NCBI GenBank assembly: GCA_963829055.1
Contig: CAWHHI010000020.1
Location: 192,001-256,000, forward strand
Length of the DNA: 64,000 nucleotides
From: an uncultured Gemmatimonadaceae bacterium
GTDB taxonomy: Bacteria; Gemmatimonadota; Gemmatimonadetes; Gemmatimonadales; Gemmatimonadaceae
Direction of reading: 5' to 3'
The notes under the pieces are model-generated. The model was not told the DNA's origin and did not search any database. It saw only the letters and a program-made list of their open reading frames with translations. The first letter of the stretch is position 1; every line of letters starts with the position of its first letter. Both the position numbers and the translations under genes were made by a program. Shown piece by piece: positions 8,733-16,985 of the stretch.

Positions 8733-9593
8733 CAGCACCGGAGTCGCGACGCGCGCACCCGGTCGCGCAGCGGGCCCAGTGCGCGCGCGCATGATGACGA
8801 TGCCCACGATAAAGATGGCGATGGCGATGCACTGCGCCACGCTCAGCGCGAAGAAACGGTCGTCCTTGATTCGCAGGAACTCGACCGCAAAGCGCTCGAT
8901 TCCCGCCAGCACGCCGTAGACACCGAACAGCCAGCCGTCCGCATGCGTGTGGCGACGCAGGCGCCAGAGGATCGCGAACATCACCAACCCGAGTACGACC
9001 TCGATGAGCTGTGTGGGTACGACACCGACGACAGTCGACGGATCCATCGACGGCGGAAAGACCGCGTGAAACGCCTCGGTCATGCTGCCGACGGTCGATG
9101 CCGGCATGCCTTGCGGGAACGCGACGGCGAGCGGGCCTTCATACCACTTCCCGTAATCATCGCCGACGGCCCAGCATCCGCTGCGTCCGACGGCGTAGCC
9201 AGCGGCGATCGCGATTCCGGCGACGTCAGCGTACCGCGCGAAGGGGAGCTTTCGAAAACGGATCGTCGCCCAGCAGGCGATCACGGCGCCGATGAATCCG
9301 CCCCAGAACACGAACCCGGAGCGCGAGAACAGGTCATGCCAGTTGTGGGTGATGACCGCGACGAAGTACAGCTTCCCTCCGATCATCGTCCCGACGACCG
9401 CCGCGAGCAGGACATCGCTGACGTGTCGCGCTTCGTGTGTGTAGCCGCGTCGGAGCAGCTCGCGCTCCGACACGATCTGCGCGATGACGAACGCGAGCAG
9501 CACCGCGATCCCGAACCCGGAGAGCTCCAGATGGAACCCGCCGATGTGGATCGGGATGTTGAATGGATGGACGGTGACGGGTTGGCCGGTCAT
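8712..9593 (-). CDS. lgt: Prolipoprotein diacylglyceryl transferase family protein
   Basis: GGKLYF, FWGGFIG, GYAVGRSGCWAVGDDYG, PTQLIE and ERFAVEFLR motifs. The stop TAG lies inside GTTAGGC. Confidence 0.85.
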   Translation of the reverse strand: MTGQPVTVHPFNIPIHIGGFHLELSGFGIAVLLAFVIAQIVSERELLRRGYTHEARHVSDVLLAAVVGTMIGGKLYFVAVITHNWHDLFSRSGFVFWGGFIGAVIACWATIRFRKLPFARYADVAGIAIAAGYAVGRSGCWAVGDDYGKWYEGPLAVAFPQGMPASTVGSMTEAFHAVFPPSMDPSTVVGVVPTQLIEVVLGLVMFAILWRLRRHTHADGWLFGVYGVLAGIERFAVEFLRIKDDRFFALSVAQCIAIAIFIVGIVIMRARTGPAARPGARVATPVLATEPGR

Positions 9594-9626
9594 GTCAGAG
9601 GCTGGAGTGCCCGGGTGTGCGTCTGA

Positions 9627-10217
9627 TTAAATCAAGCTCGAAGCTCGTGACGCGTCGACCATCGCCCGCTTCGAAGCCTGGGCGAAGCGACGCTGCAGCC
9701 GACGGCCGAGTGGGTAACCGAGTCGCGCCAGCACGTGCGCCGGACGCGAGAACGCGTAGAGGTCGTACCAGACGCGGTCGTCTGCCTGGTGCCACTCGAC
9801 CGAGAAGCGCTCTTCGCCGAGCGCGCCATGTTCGGGCAACGTCCCGTAGGCGAATCCCGTTCGACGCACCCCGTTTGTCTCTTCGTCCATGACGTACACG
9901 ATACGACACGCGTTGAGCGACCAGAAGCCATAGTGGTGCGCCACGACCGCGACTGTCGTTCCCACTTCGATCGAGGCTTCACGCGGCTGCACGGAAGACC
10001 AGCCGAGTGTCATCATCCGCCACGCGCGGAGGGCCAGCAAGGCACGCTGGAACGTCTCGGCGCCCATACCGAGCTCGACACGGTTTCGGTCGACGTTGTA
10101 GCCTGCGGGTGCCTCGCCGCGAGTCGCACCGACCTCGGGATACGAGAAGGGCGCGTCCCGCTGAGAGTTCAGGAAGGCGTCGATCTGCTGCGCGGTCGGC
10201 TGGGTGAGATGGAACAC
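9627..10217 (-). CDS. DUF1990 family protein
   Basis: FSYPEVGAT, CRIVYV, GFAYGTLPEH, GEERFSV and AFSRP motifs. Confidence 0.9.
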   Translation of the reverse strand: MFHLTQPTAQQIDAFLNSQRDAPFSYPEVGATRGEAPAGYNVDRNRVELGMGAETFQRALLALRAWRMMTLGWSSVQPREASIEVGTTVAVVAHHYGFWSLNACRIVYVMDEETNGVRRTGFAYGTLPEHGALGEERFSVEWHQADDRVWYDLYAFSRPAHVLARLGYPLGRRLQRRFAQASKRAMVDASRASSLI

Positions 10218-10338
10218 AGGGTCGTCGCGGACGAGGATCGTTGCCTAACTACAGGTCCAGCGACATGAACACCGCGTTGGGGTCGGCGGTGTAATCGGCG
10301 AACGGGCGGCCACAGACGAACCGGTATGGATCTGCTGC

Positions 10339-10755
10339 CTAACGTGTCATGTCGTCGTCGGCAACCCTCAACCGTGCGACGATGTCACGGTACGCCGAGG
10401 CGATCAGCGTCTCGAGCGACGGGCCGTCGATGGCGAGACCAGGTTTGACCTTCACGTGGCGCATGTATTTGCCCGTACCCTGCATCAAACCCGCCGGATC
10501 CGGCAGCGTCGTGCCGTGGAAGAAACCGACGTTGACGTGATTCCTGAAGACGCTGACGTAGGCAAACGGCGCGTCTTCTACGCATACCGTGGCGTACCCA
10601 TCATGCATGAGCTCTCGAACATCGGCGCCGCATCGGCGCATGAGCGCAAACCATGTGCGCGCAATCGAGCCGAGCTCGCTCGGTTGCGCATCGAGCCACT
10701 GACCGATGGCGGGAGCCCGCTCGACGGCTCCGGTAAACCGCAGAAGTGCGGTCAC
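10339..10755 (-). CDS. DUF1801 domain protein
   Basis: HVNVGFFHGTTLPDPAGLMQGTGKYMRHVK motif. The stop TAG lies inside GTTAGGC (10337-10343). Confidence 0.88.
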   Translation of the reverse strand: MTALLRFTGAVERAPAIGQWLDAQPSELGSIARTWFALMRRCGADVRELMHDGYATVCVEDAPFAYVSVFRNHVNVGFFHGTTLPDPAGLMQGTGKYMRHVKVKPGLAIDGPSLETLIASAYRDIVARLRVADDDMTR

Positions 10756-10788
10756 GATGCGAACGTCCTTCGCGATAATGTTTGTGCT

Positions 10789-10820
10789 GCCTAACGCATG
10801 AGTTCAGCTGCAGAGCGCCT
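10789..10820 (-). other. Half attC (L'-R' arm only)
   Basis: gcctaacgcatgagttcagctgca closely matches the arms at 13101 and 14357; no partner arm. Confidence 0.7.
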
Positions 10821-11051
10821 GCCGATAGCGCCGCTAGTATGCTCGGCGCCCTGCAGGGCATCCCGCTCGATGCAGTGTCTCCTGTTCGGTGTCGCGCCGC
10901 ACGATATACCTAATCCACCGCCGACGTCACGTGCTCGGGCACCACAATCCACCCTATCAAGGTCCAACTGTTCATCGCGAGTGGGGGTGTGAGAATAGCG
11001 CAGTCTATCGTTCTGCCGGAGAACAGTGCACCGGGAGGGGAGGCGAATGCC

Positions 11052-11540
11052 ATGATTCGACGATTACTGATTGCCATGTCGCTGTCGCTACTGCCGTGGG
11101 GTGCGGCATGGGCTCAACAGCCCGACACTGCCGCGAAAACGACCACCACGCAGGAGCCTGAATGGTCGATTCCCCCGCGCCGCATTGACCTCTATGCCGG
11201 GCTCAGGTCAAACGGCGGCACCAGCTTCCTGATGGGCCTGAAGTATTCGCGCCGGCTACCCTCGACAACGAATTTCGCCGGCGCTGGATTCTTCGAGGTC
11301 GCCTTTGCCAGCCCCACCGAATATCTGCTGGGGGCCCTGGCGCAGTACATGCCGCTGAACCGACTGCTTCTGGAAACGGGTCCCGGGTGGGCCATAGATG
11401 GGGGCAGCGATTTCTTCTGGCGCGTGAGCGGAGAATACGAGCTGAAAATCCGTCGATTGTCACTGATACCGAAGTTTTACGTCGACTTCGTGCAAAGCAC
11501 GACCGTGTTCGGCTATGGACTCGCCATCGGTCGCCACTGA
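11052..11540 (+). CDS. Hypothetical secreted protein, probable small outer-membrane beta-barrel
   Basis: Signal peptide (AWA-QQ) and alternating beta-strand pattern; opposite orientation to the array. Confidence 0.65.
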   Translation: MIRRLLIAMSLSLLPWGAAWAQQPDTAAKTTTTQEPEWSIPPRRIDLYAGLRSNGGTSFLMGLKYSRRLPSTTNFAGAGFFEVAFASPTEYLLGALAQYMPLNRLLLETGPGWAIDGGSDFFWRVSGEYELKIRRLSLIPKFYVDFVQSTTVFGYGLAIGRH

Positions 11541-11735
11541 CGAGCCGCCGGGACTGGTGGACACGCTTCACATGGCTTCGATGGTCGACATGCTTCGAGC
11601 TTCATTGGCACGCGCACGCCCGAGTACGCGGTCGTACTCCGCGGCCGCGTGACTCACACCCTCGGCGTCTGGCGGTGCCCGGCGCATCGCCGAGCCTCAG
11701 CGACGGCGCACGAGTCGGCGCTCGGCGGTGCGTCG

Positions 11736-12304
11736 CTACGGCGATGACGGGCGGCGGGGCAGGAATTCGGGCGGTATGGGCTTGTCGGGGCGCTCGGTGT
11801 CCTACAGCAGGCCGACGACCCACCAGCGGGCGCCGTCGTGAAGAGCTGGATGCTGTTGATGCCGCGGGCCGGGTGAGCGTCCGTCGAATCGCGATGCATC
11901 TCGTAGGTGCTGAAGACGTGCACGATATTGCCGAACGCCTCGCTCGTGCGCACGATCTCACGCTCGCTGAATCCATGGCGCGGCGGGCCGCTCGACGCCC
12001 GCTGGACGTAGTCCTCGACCGTCAGTATACGGATCACCTGCGGGCCGTTCCCCGACCCGCTGGTCGGCATGAGGCGGGCGCCCGGTACGAACAGCGACCG
12101 GAAGCGATCGGCGTCGCGCTTCTGATCGGCGAGGATAGTGTTGGCGTCGTAGAGCGCGGCGATGATCGCGTCGACCGACGCCACATCACTGGGCCGAGCA
12201 GCCACGGTGGCGGCCGCGGTGGCGCTCGGGACGGCCTGTGCCGCCGCGTGTAGCCACGGCGACGCACTCAGGCCTGCCAGCACAACGCGGGTAATGTGTC
12301 TCAT
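11736..12304 (-). pseudogene. NTF2-like secreted hypothetical protein, disrupted
   Basis: DVASVDAIIAALYD, RFRSLF and RGINSIQL motifs. A frameshift near 11840 restores HDGARWWVVGLL, followed by an in-frame TAG before DTERPDKPIP. Confidence 0.65.
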
Positions 12305-12329
12305 GAGCGCCTCGCAGGGTCGGTGGGCG

Positions 12330-12481
12330 TGCAGCGCTCCTCGCCGACGGAGTGGGTGGGATCCGGCACCGTGCGCGACCGGGTTGTCCTCGAACACCGT
12401 CGTCGCTTCCTCGAAGCTCAGCCGGTGTTTGCGGAGGTTGCGCCGTGGCCTGTCGGGGTGCCACTCGAACTGACGGGCCAT
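12330..12481 (-). pseudogene. brnT: BrnT-family toxin N-terminal fragment
   Basis: QFEWHPDRPRRNLRKHRLSFEEATTVFED, then TVPDPTHSVGEER in another frame. The rest of the gene and the antitoxin are absent. Confidence 0.7.
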
Positions 12482-12513
12482 TGGATGAGATCATACGCGA
12501 TGCGTGTGCATCC

Positions 12514-12552
12514 GCCTAACGCCCAGCTCACCTGCGGGCCACACCCGAGCCA
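12514..12552 (-). other. Half attC (L'-R' arm only)
   Basis: gcctaacgcccagctcacctgcgggc resembles the arm of attC 696-795; the upstream gene's stop abuts it with no R''/L''. Confidence 0.7.
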
Positions 12553-13074
12553 TCAGGAGCCGCAGTAGCGCCGTCCCCGGCAAACGAGGGTCGCGAACGC
12601 TTCGCTGCGGATCCGCCAGCGCCCCTCGGCGTCGCGGCGCCAGATCGCGTAGTACGTGCCGCCCACCTCAGTCGGTTCGCCGCCCTCGCGCCACGTCTCC
12701 TGCCATCGTCCCGATTCTGTCGCCACGGCGCACGTCGGTCGGTCACAGCCGACCACCTGCACTGGCTCGTACGTCAGCCGGAACTCCGGCCGGGCGGTCA
12801 TGTTCTCGAGAAAGACGCTGAGGAACGCCGCGCGCCCCAGGCGCGTCACGCGCGCGGAGACCTGGACGGCGCTGTCCTCGACGAGCTGTCCGAGGGCACC
12901 GCTGTCCCGTGCAATGAGCGCCGCGTTCCAGCGCGCGCGGGCCGCACGCACGTCAGCCGCGGCGTCAGCGTGGGGCGCGGCCCTTCCCCCGGTGGCGCAC
13001 GCGGCGACTGCGGCGCAGGCGATGACGAGAGTGGCTCGCCGCGGGTCGTAACGCCCTGGTTCTCTCAGTGTCAT
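12553..13074 (-). CDS. NTF2-like/DUF4440 family lipoprotein; gene cassette
   Basis: VRAARARWNAALIARD and GTYYAIWRRDAEGRWRIRSE motifs; VAAC lipobox. Start at 13074 or 13080. Confidence 0.75.
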   Translation of the reverse strand: MTLREPGRYDPRRATLVIACAAVAACATGGRAAPHADAAADVRAARARWNAALIARDSGALGQLVEDSAVQVSARVTRLGRAAFLSVFLENMTARPEFRLTYEPVQVVGCDRPTCAVATESGRWQETWREGGEPTEVGGTYYAIWRRDAEGRWRIRSEAFATLVCRGRRYCGS

Positions 13075-13100
13075 GCGCAACGTAGATGACAGTGGCGGCG

Positions 13101-13191
13101 GCCTAACGCATGAAGTTGATGCAAGGGCACCTCATAGGATGCGGCGCCGCCGCCTCCACACCGCCCTTGCCAGGTCCAGCACACGTTAGGT
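13101..13191 (-). other. attC site (complete, somewhat degenerate)
   Basis: gcctaac...gcaagggc...gcccttgc...gttaggt. R'' flank gggcacctaac is identical to the cassette start at 13712-13722, and the stop TAA lies in R''. Confidence 0.85.
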
Positions 13192-13683
13192 GCCCGGCGG
13201 TTCACGAGGCGGTGTTGCACACGGGACGCGCACAGCACGAAAGTTTGGTGACAGCGCCGGTCGGTGCCCCGACTCGTCCACGGTCACTGTTTTGAAATCG
13301 CTGAGCGGCTCGAGGCGTCCGGCTAGCGTGTCGCCCCGGACGCCGAGCCGGCCCCCATACCCCGTCGAGAATCGATCGGGCTGTGGCTCGAGCAGCAAGA
13401 CCTCCACGGAGTCGCGGAATGTCGTCCAGATCGCATTCGCCCGCCCCGAGGGTGTCCGCGGGAGCGGACGCCAACGGCGCTGGCTCGGCTGCTCGGCTGC
13501 AACGGAGGCCGAATCGAGGAACACGTCGCTGGTCGGAATGACGGCTGCCGGTCCGTCCCAATGCAGAACCCGATAGCAGCCGGCAGCGGCGCGCTCGGCG
13601 TCAGAGAGTGTAATCGAAGGGTGAGAGTGGCCTGGCGTCCGGCAGGCGATGCAAACGACGGCGAGTACAACCCCGACGCGCAT
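13186..13683 (-). CDS. Hypothetical lipoprotein; gene cassette
   Basis: RBS aaggagag and CIAC lipobox; the ORF fills the space between two attC sites. Confidence 0.75.
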   Translation of the reverse strand: MRVGVVLAVVCIACRTPGHSHPSITLSDAERAAAGCYRVLHWDGPAAVIPTSDVFLDSASVAAEQPSQRRWRPLPRTPSGRANAIWTTFRDSVEVLLLEPQPDRFSTGYGGRLGVRGDTLAGRLEPLSDFKTVTVDESGHRPALSPNFRAVRVPCATPPREPPGT

Positions 13684-13715
13684 GTCGAGCTCTCCTTACG
13701 CACATGGACGTGGGC

Positions 13716-13814
13716 ACCTAACGCCTGAAGTTGAGCTGCGGGTGAGTTCAATAGAATGCGGCGCCGCAGGCGCCGCCACGGCAGATCGCCCGACAGCTCC
13801 AACGGACGTTAGCC
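13716..13814 (-). other. attC site (complete)
   Basis: acctaacgcctgaagttgagctg...cagctccaacggacgttagcc, with an extra base in the L'' arm. Confidence 0.92.
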
Positions 13815-13868
13815 CGCAAGCGCGCGATGCGTCAGTCGAAATCCCACAACGGCTAGACCCGTCGAGCA

Positions 13869-14341
13869 TCAGGACCGGCGGCTTTCGCGCCACACGATTC
13901 TGAGGAAGGCCTTCAACGCCTCTTGCGCGAATTCCTGCTTCTGCGCGTGTTGGTCGATGAGCAAATACGTGATGAGGTTCCGGAAGACGCGATCGCGGAC
14001 TTGAGTGAAGTACCAGTCCTGAAGCTCTCGAACTCGCGCGACGCCTCGATCTGAAGCGTACAACAACTTGTTTCGCTCATTCTTGATGCCGGCAACGTGC
14101 AGACCGCTCGGTCGCCGGACATCTCGTCTGAACGGCAGCTACCGCCAGTGCACTTTCGCAGCAATGGGTTGAGTGTATCGGGCCGTGGGCTGACGTCGCG
14201 AGACGGAGATTAGCGCCGAGTGCGGTGCCTTCGCGAAGCGACGGACGCTCCTGCCAGCGACCTTCGCCGCGCACGAGTTGCGCGCACGGGCCTGGGCTGC
14301 ACGAGGGCCGAGTGCAGCGGCGAGATTTCTAGCTCTTCCAT
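13869..14341 (-). pseudogene. Disrupted cassette gene; only the C-terminal part is readable
   Basis: No full ORF between the attC sites; protein-like C-terminus KNERNKLLYASDRG...YLLIDQHAQKQEFAQEALKAFL. Confidence 0.45.
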
Positions 14342-14356
14342 CAAGACCCTGTTGCG

Positions 14357-14394
14357 GCATAACGCATAGAGTTCAGCTGCAACGTTCGCTAGGC
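14357..14394 (-). other. Internally deleted 38-bp attC
   Basis: gcataacgcatagagttcagctgcaacgttcgctaggc: both ends present, R'' mutated to GCCTAGC, centre collapsed at cagctg. Confidence 0.65.
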
Positions 14395-14404
14395 GGGCGC
14401 GCCG

Positions 14405-14812
14405 CTATGCAGATTTGCGTCTGTCACCGAGAAGGGACTGGGACGTGACAAACAGAGACTCCACGGCAGCAGCGATCTGCCCACGGACATCGCCGCGAAC
14501 CGGCGTCAACCCATGCGCAACGGAACTACGAAGCCGGTATGCCTCGTTCAAGGCGGCAAATGTGCCTTGGTCAAGGACACCCTCCGACGCAAGCCGGCGT
14601 AGTAAGCTGCGCGTGTCAGGACGGTCGGGAGACGGCTCAGAAAGGAGCCGCATCGTTGCTTCGGCTGCGGTCCATGCGAGAAGGAGCGCGGCTTCGACAT
14701 GCCCGGAGGAAACGAGCTTGCGAGCCTCGTCGAACCGCCGTCGAATGGAATCGTCGTCAAGCGGTCGCAAGTCTTCGCCGGGAAGAAGCTGCTCTCGGGG
14801 CTTCGGGGCCAT
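14405..14812 (-). CDS. HEPN-like protein (resembles the C-terminal half of REase_AHJR-like proteins)
   Basis: AALLLAWTAAEATMR helix and R-x4-H motif (RSSVAH); start uncertain. Confidence 0.6.
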   Translation of the reverse strand: MAPKPREQLLPGEDLRPLDDDSIRRRFDEARKLVSSGHVEAALLLAWTAAEATMRLLSEPSPDRPDTRSLLRRLASEGVLDQGTFAALNEAYRLRSSVAHGLTPVRGDVRGQIAAAVESLFVTSQSLLGDRRKSA

Positions 14813-14929
14813 GAGAACAAAACGGCTCAGGCCGACGTGTAACCACGCTGGCGGAGAGTCGGTCGACTCGAGACTCCCGGTCAGCGCATGAACGACGGTG
14901 AAAGATAGGCCGTGAGTAGAACAGGTCGT

Positions 14930-15158
14930 CACCAGCCCGAATGGCCAACCGAGTACGCCGAATCGGCAGTGCAGGCAACCTGGCAGGTGTGACCATCAGG
15001 GGTAATGATCGTGAGGGTGATGGGTGACGCGATTGGCGGTCGTCCGTTGCCAGTTTCGGCTGCTGCGTGGGCGACTTTTGACGCCACACCGTCAGCCGAT
15101 CCCGCCGGTACCTGTCGGGAAGCGGAGGCCCGGGGAGGGTGAATTCGAAGAGGAGCAT
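14930..15158 (-). pseudogene. Possible RusA-like gene fragment
   Basis: MLLFEFTLPGPP...RRDRLTVWRQK, then after a frameshift VAHAAA...PIASPITLTII; catalytic DxDN motif not seen. Confidence 0.35.
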
Positions 15159-15187
15159 CGGCCGAACTGTGAGGAGCCGACTGCTCC

Positions 15188-15279
15188 GCCTAACGCCCAA
15201 GTTGAACTGCGAGCGGATCTCATAACGCGAGCGCGGCGAGCTACCACAGACCGCTCGTCGGCTCCGCCGAACGTTAGCC
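15188..15279 (-). other. attC site (complete), first of array 1
   Basis: gcctaacgcccaagttgaactgcgagcgg...ccgctcgtcggctccgccgaacgttagcc. Confidence 0.88.
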
Positions 15280-15339
15280 GGTGCCGTGCGTCGGATGCTC
15301 GACGCCCGGCACCCGCGCGAAAGTTGATAGCGGAATACA

Positions 15340-15743
15340 TTACCGATCGGGTTCGGCCGTCTTAGACGACCCGTTGCCCAATACGGTACACGTAGTCGGA
15401 CAGGTGCCTCCCGACAGTCAGCGCGTAGTCAGGATGGCCGTACTGCTGTCGTGCGGGCCCAACCGAGGATCTCAGCGCCCACCACGATGCTCCGAACTTG
15501 GTGGTGCTGAAGGAAGTTGAGGATCTTCGCTCCGATCGCGACGTCGTCGCGCACGTCGACCATTTCAGAGAACCACTTCTCCATCTCGCGCACCTTGCCG
15601 CGGTCGTCGTGGGCAATGCCGACGGCGACTTTGCTGGCACGCCGGTTATCCGGCCCGTAAAACGCGATGGTCCCGATCGGATAGCCTTGGAACCCACGCT
15701 CGGCCTTGCGCTCCAGACGCTCTCTCGGCGTTCGATCAGACAT
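15340..15743 (-). pseudogene. Hypothetical protein of the first cassette, 3' part frameshifted
   Basis: GFQGYPIGTIAFYGPDNRRASKVAVGI; downstream G-x-PH, DY, TCP and PYWA fragments are scattered over frames. Confidence 0.65.
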
Positions 15744-15780
15744 GACCCGCGACCCTCGAACTGGGATTCACAGTCAGTGC

Positions 15781-16007
15781 ATCCGGCTCAACGCTGTTTG
15801 TATTGCGTGGGAAGGACCATCTTGCGGCTTGACCATTCAGATGCGACACGTCCCTGCCGTCTAACTCGGCTCAATGCGGCGAGGTAGCGCGTCATCGCTG
15901 GAAGTACCGTGCTCACAATGTAGTGCGACATCCGCCCCTAGGGCTCCTGTGTTAGGCGGCGAGGCGTGCCGCCTAACCCAATGGCGGCCGAGCATCGTTT
16001 CTGAGGG
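15781..16007 (-). other. attI region of array 1; crossover core at 15792-15786
   Basis: Non-palindromic. Minus strand AATACAAACAGCG|TTGAGCCGG matches the R'' flank of the first attC (ccggctaac) apart from one extra base. Homologous to 1861-2090. Confidence 0.7.
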
Positions 16008-16985
16008 TCACGGCTCCGGACGACGGCGCTCGAACGCTACGTCCAACGGACTCCGGACGCGACAACTCCCTTCGCCTGGACGAAGGTACTCGAGGGTCGT
16101 CGAGAGATCCCGGTGGCCGACCAGGTTCTGTACGTCCCGCGCGTCGCTCCCGGTCCGCAGGAGATGCATCGCGAACGAGTGCCGCAACATCCGTGGTGTC
16201 ACCCGCGCCGTCAGACCTGCCGCACGCCCCGCACGCGACACGGCACGCTGAATCGTCGTGGCATTCACGTGGTGGCGGCGCCGCTGACCGCTCGCGCGAT
16301 CCATGTGCTGGCGCGCAGCCGGAAAGAGCCACGTCCACCGCCAGTCGCGCACGGCGCGCCCTGACGCGAGCAGCTCGACGTAGCCACCACCGGAAACCGT
16401 GTCGCGCATGTGCTGCCGCCGCACCGCGTCGACCTGCGCCGCGATCGCGTCCCGGAGCGCGTCCGGCAACAGCGCGAATCGACGCAGCGTACCATCGTCG
16501 CCGCGAATGCGAATGCGCCGTCGGCCGATATCAACGTCACTCACGCGCAACGTCGCGCACTCCATCAGCCGGAGCCCGGTGCCGTACAGGAGCGACACGG
16601 CCAAGTGCCGCGCAGGTGCGACCGCCGCCAGCAGCCGAGCGACCTCGTCGGGCGCCAGTACTTCCGGCGGGCCGATTCGCCGAGGCGTCTTCGGAAGCTT
16701 CGGCACGCGCCACTCCGCTAGGCCGAGTACGTCGCGATAGAGAAACACGAGCGACGCCCTCGCCTGTCTCGAGGTGCTCGGTGTCGCGCGCCGCTCAGTC
16801 ACCAGCCAGTCGAGGAAGCGCCCGCTCTCCGACGCATCGACGGTGCTCGGATGACGAAGCTCGCAGAAACGCACGAAGCGCACGATCCACCATCGATAGG
16901 CACCCGCGGTGCGCGCACTCAGACGCCGCGACCGCGCCACCACGCGAACCCGCGCCAATAAACGCTCATCGCCTGTCGCATTCAT
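16008..16985 (-). CDS. intI: Integron integrase, divergent or degenerate
   Basis: SAM-like N-terminus (RTAGAYRWWIVRFVRF, QARASLVFLYRDVL), LLYGTGLRLMEC, integron-specific WTWLFPA...RRRHH segment, LRHSFAMHLL, GHRDLSTTLEY, VRSPLD. Confidence 0.9.
   Translation of the reverse strand: MNATGDERLLARVRVVARSRRLSARTAGAYRWWIVRFVRFCELRHPSTVDASESGRFLDWLVTERRATPSTSRQARASLVFLYRDVLGLAEWRVPKLPKTPRRIGPPEVLAPDEVARLLAAVAPARHLAVSLLYGTGLRLMECATLRVSDVDIGRRRIRIRGDDGTLRRFALLPDALRDAIAAQVDAVRRQHMRDTVSGGGYVELLASGRAVRDWRWTWLFPAARQHMDRASGQRRRHHVNATTIQRAVSRAGRAAGLTARVTPRMLRHSFAMHLLRTGSDARDVQNLVGHRDLSTTLEYLRPGEGSCRVRSPLDVAFERRRPEP

Larger units (their letters stand above)
7870..16985 (-). mobile_element. Chromosomal integron with co-oriented (inverted) integrase and a decaying cassette array
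   Basis: intI, 3'-located attI, three complete attC, one shortened attC and several half or core-only sites, all in one orientation. Left limit uncertain. Confidence 0.85.

Noticed and set aside
5493..9626. Long + strand ORFs (5493-6401, 6720-7946, 8550-9626) and similar antisense ORFs elsewhere
   Set aside because: They are antisense shadows of recognisable minus-strand genes, as expected in high-GC DNA.
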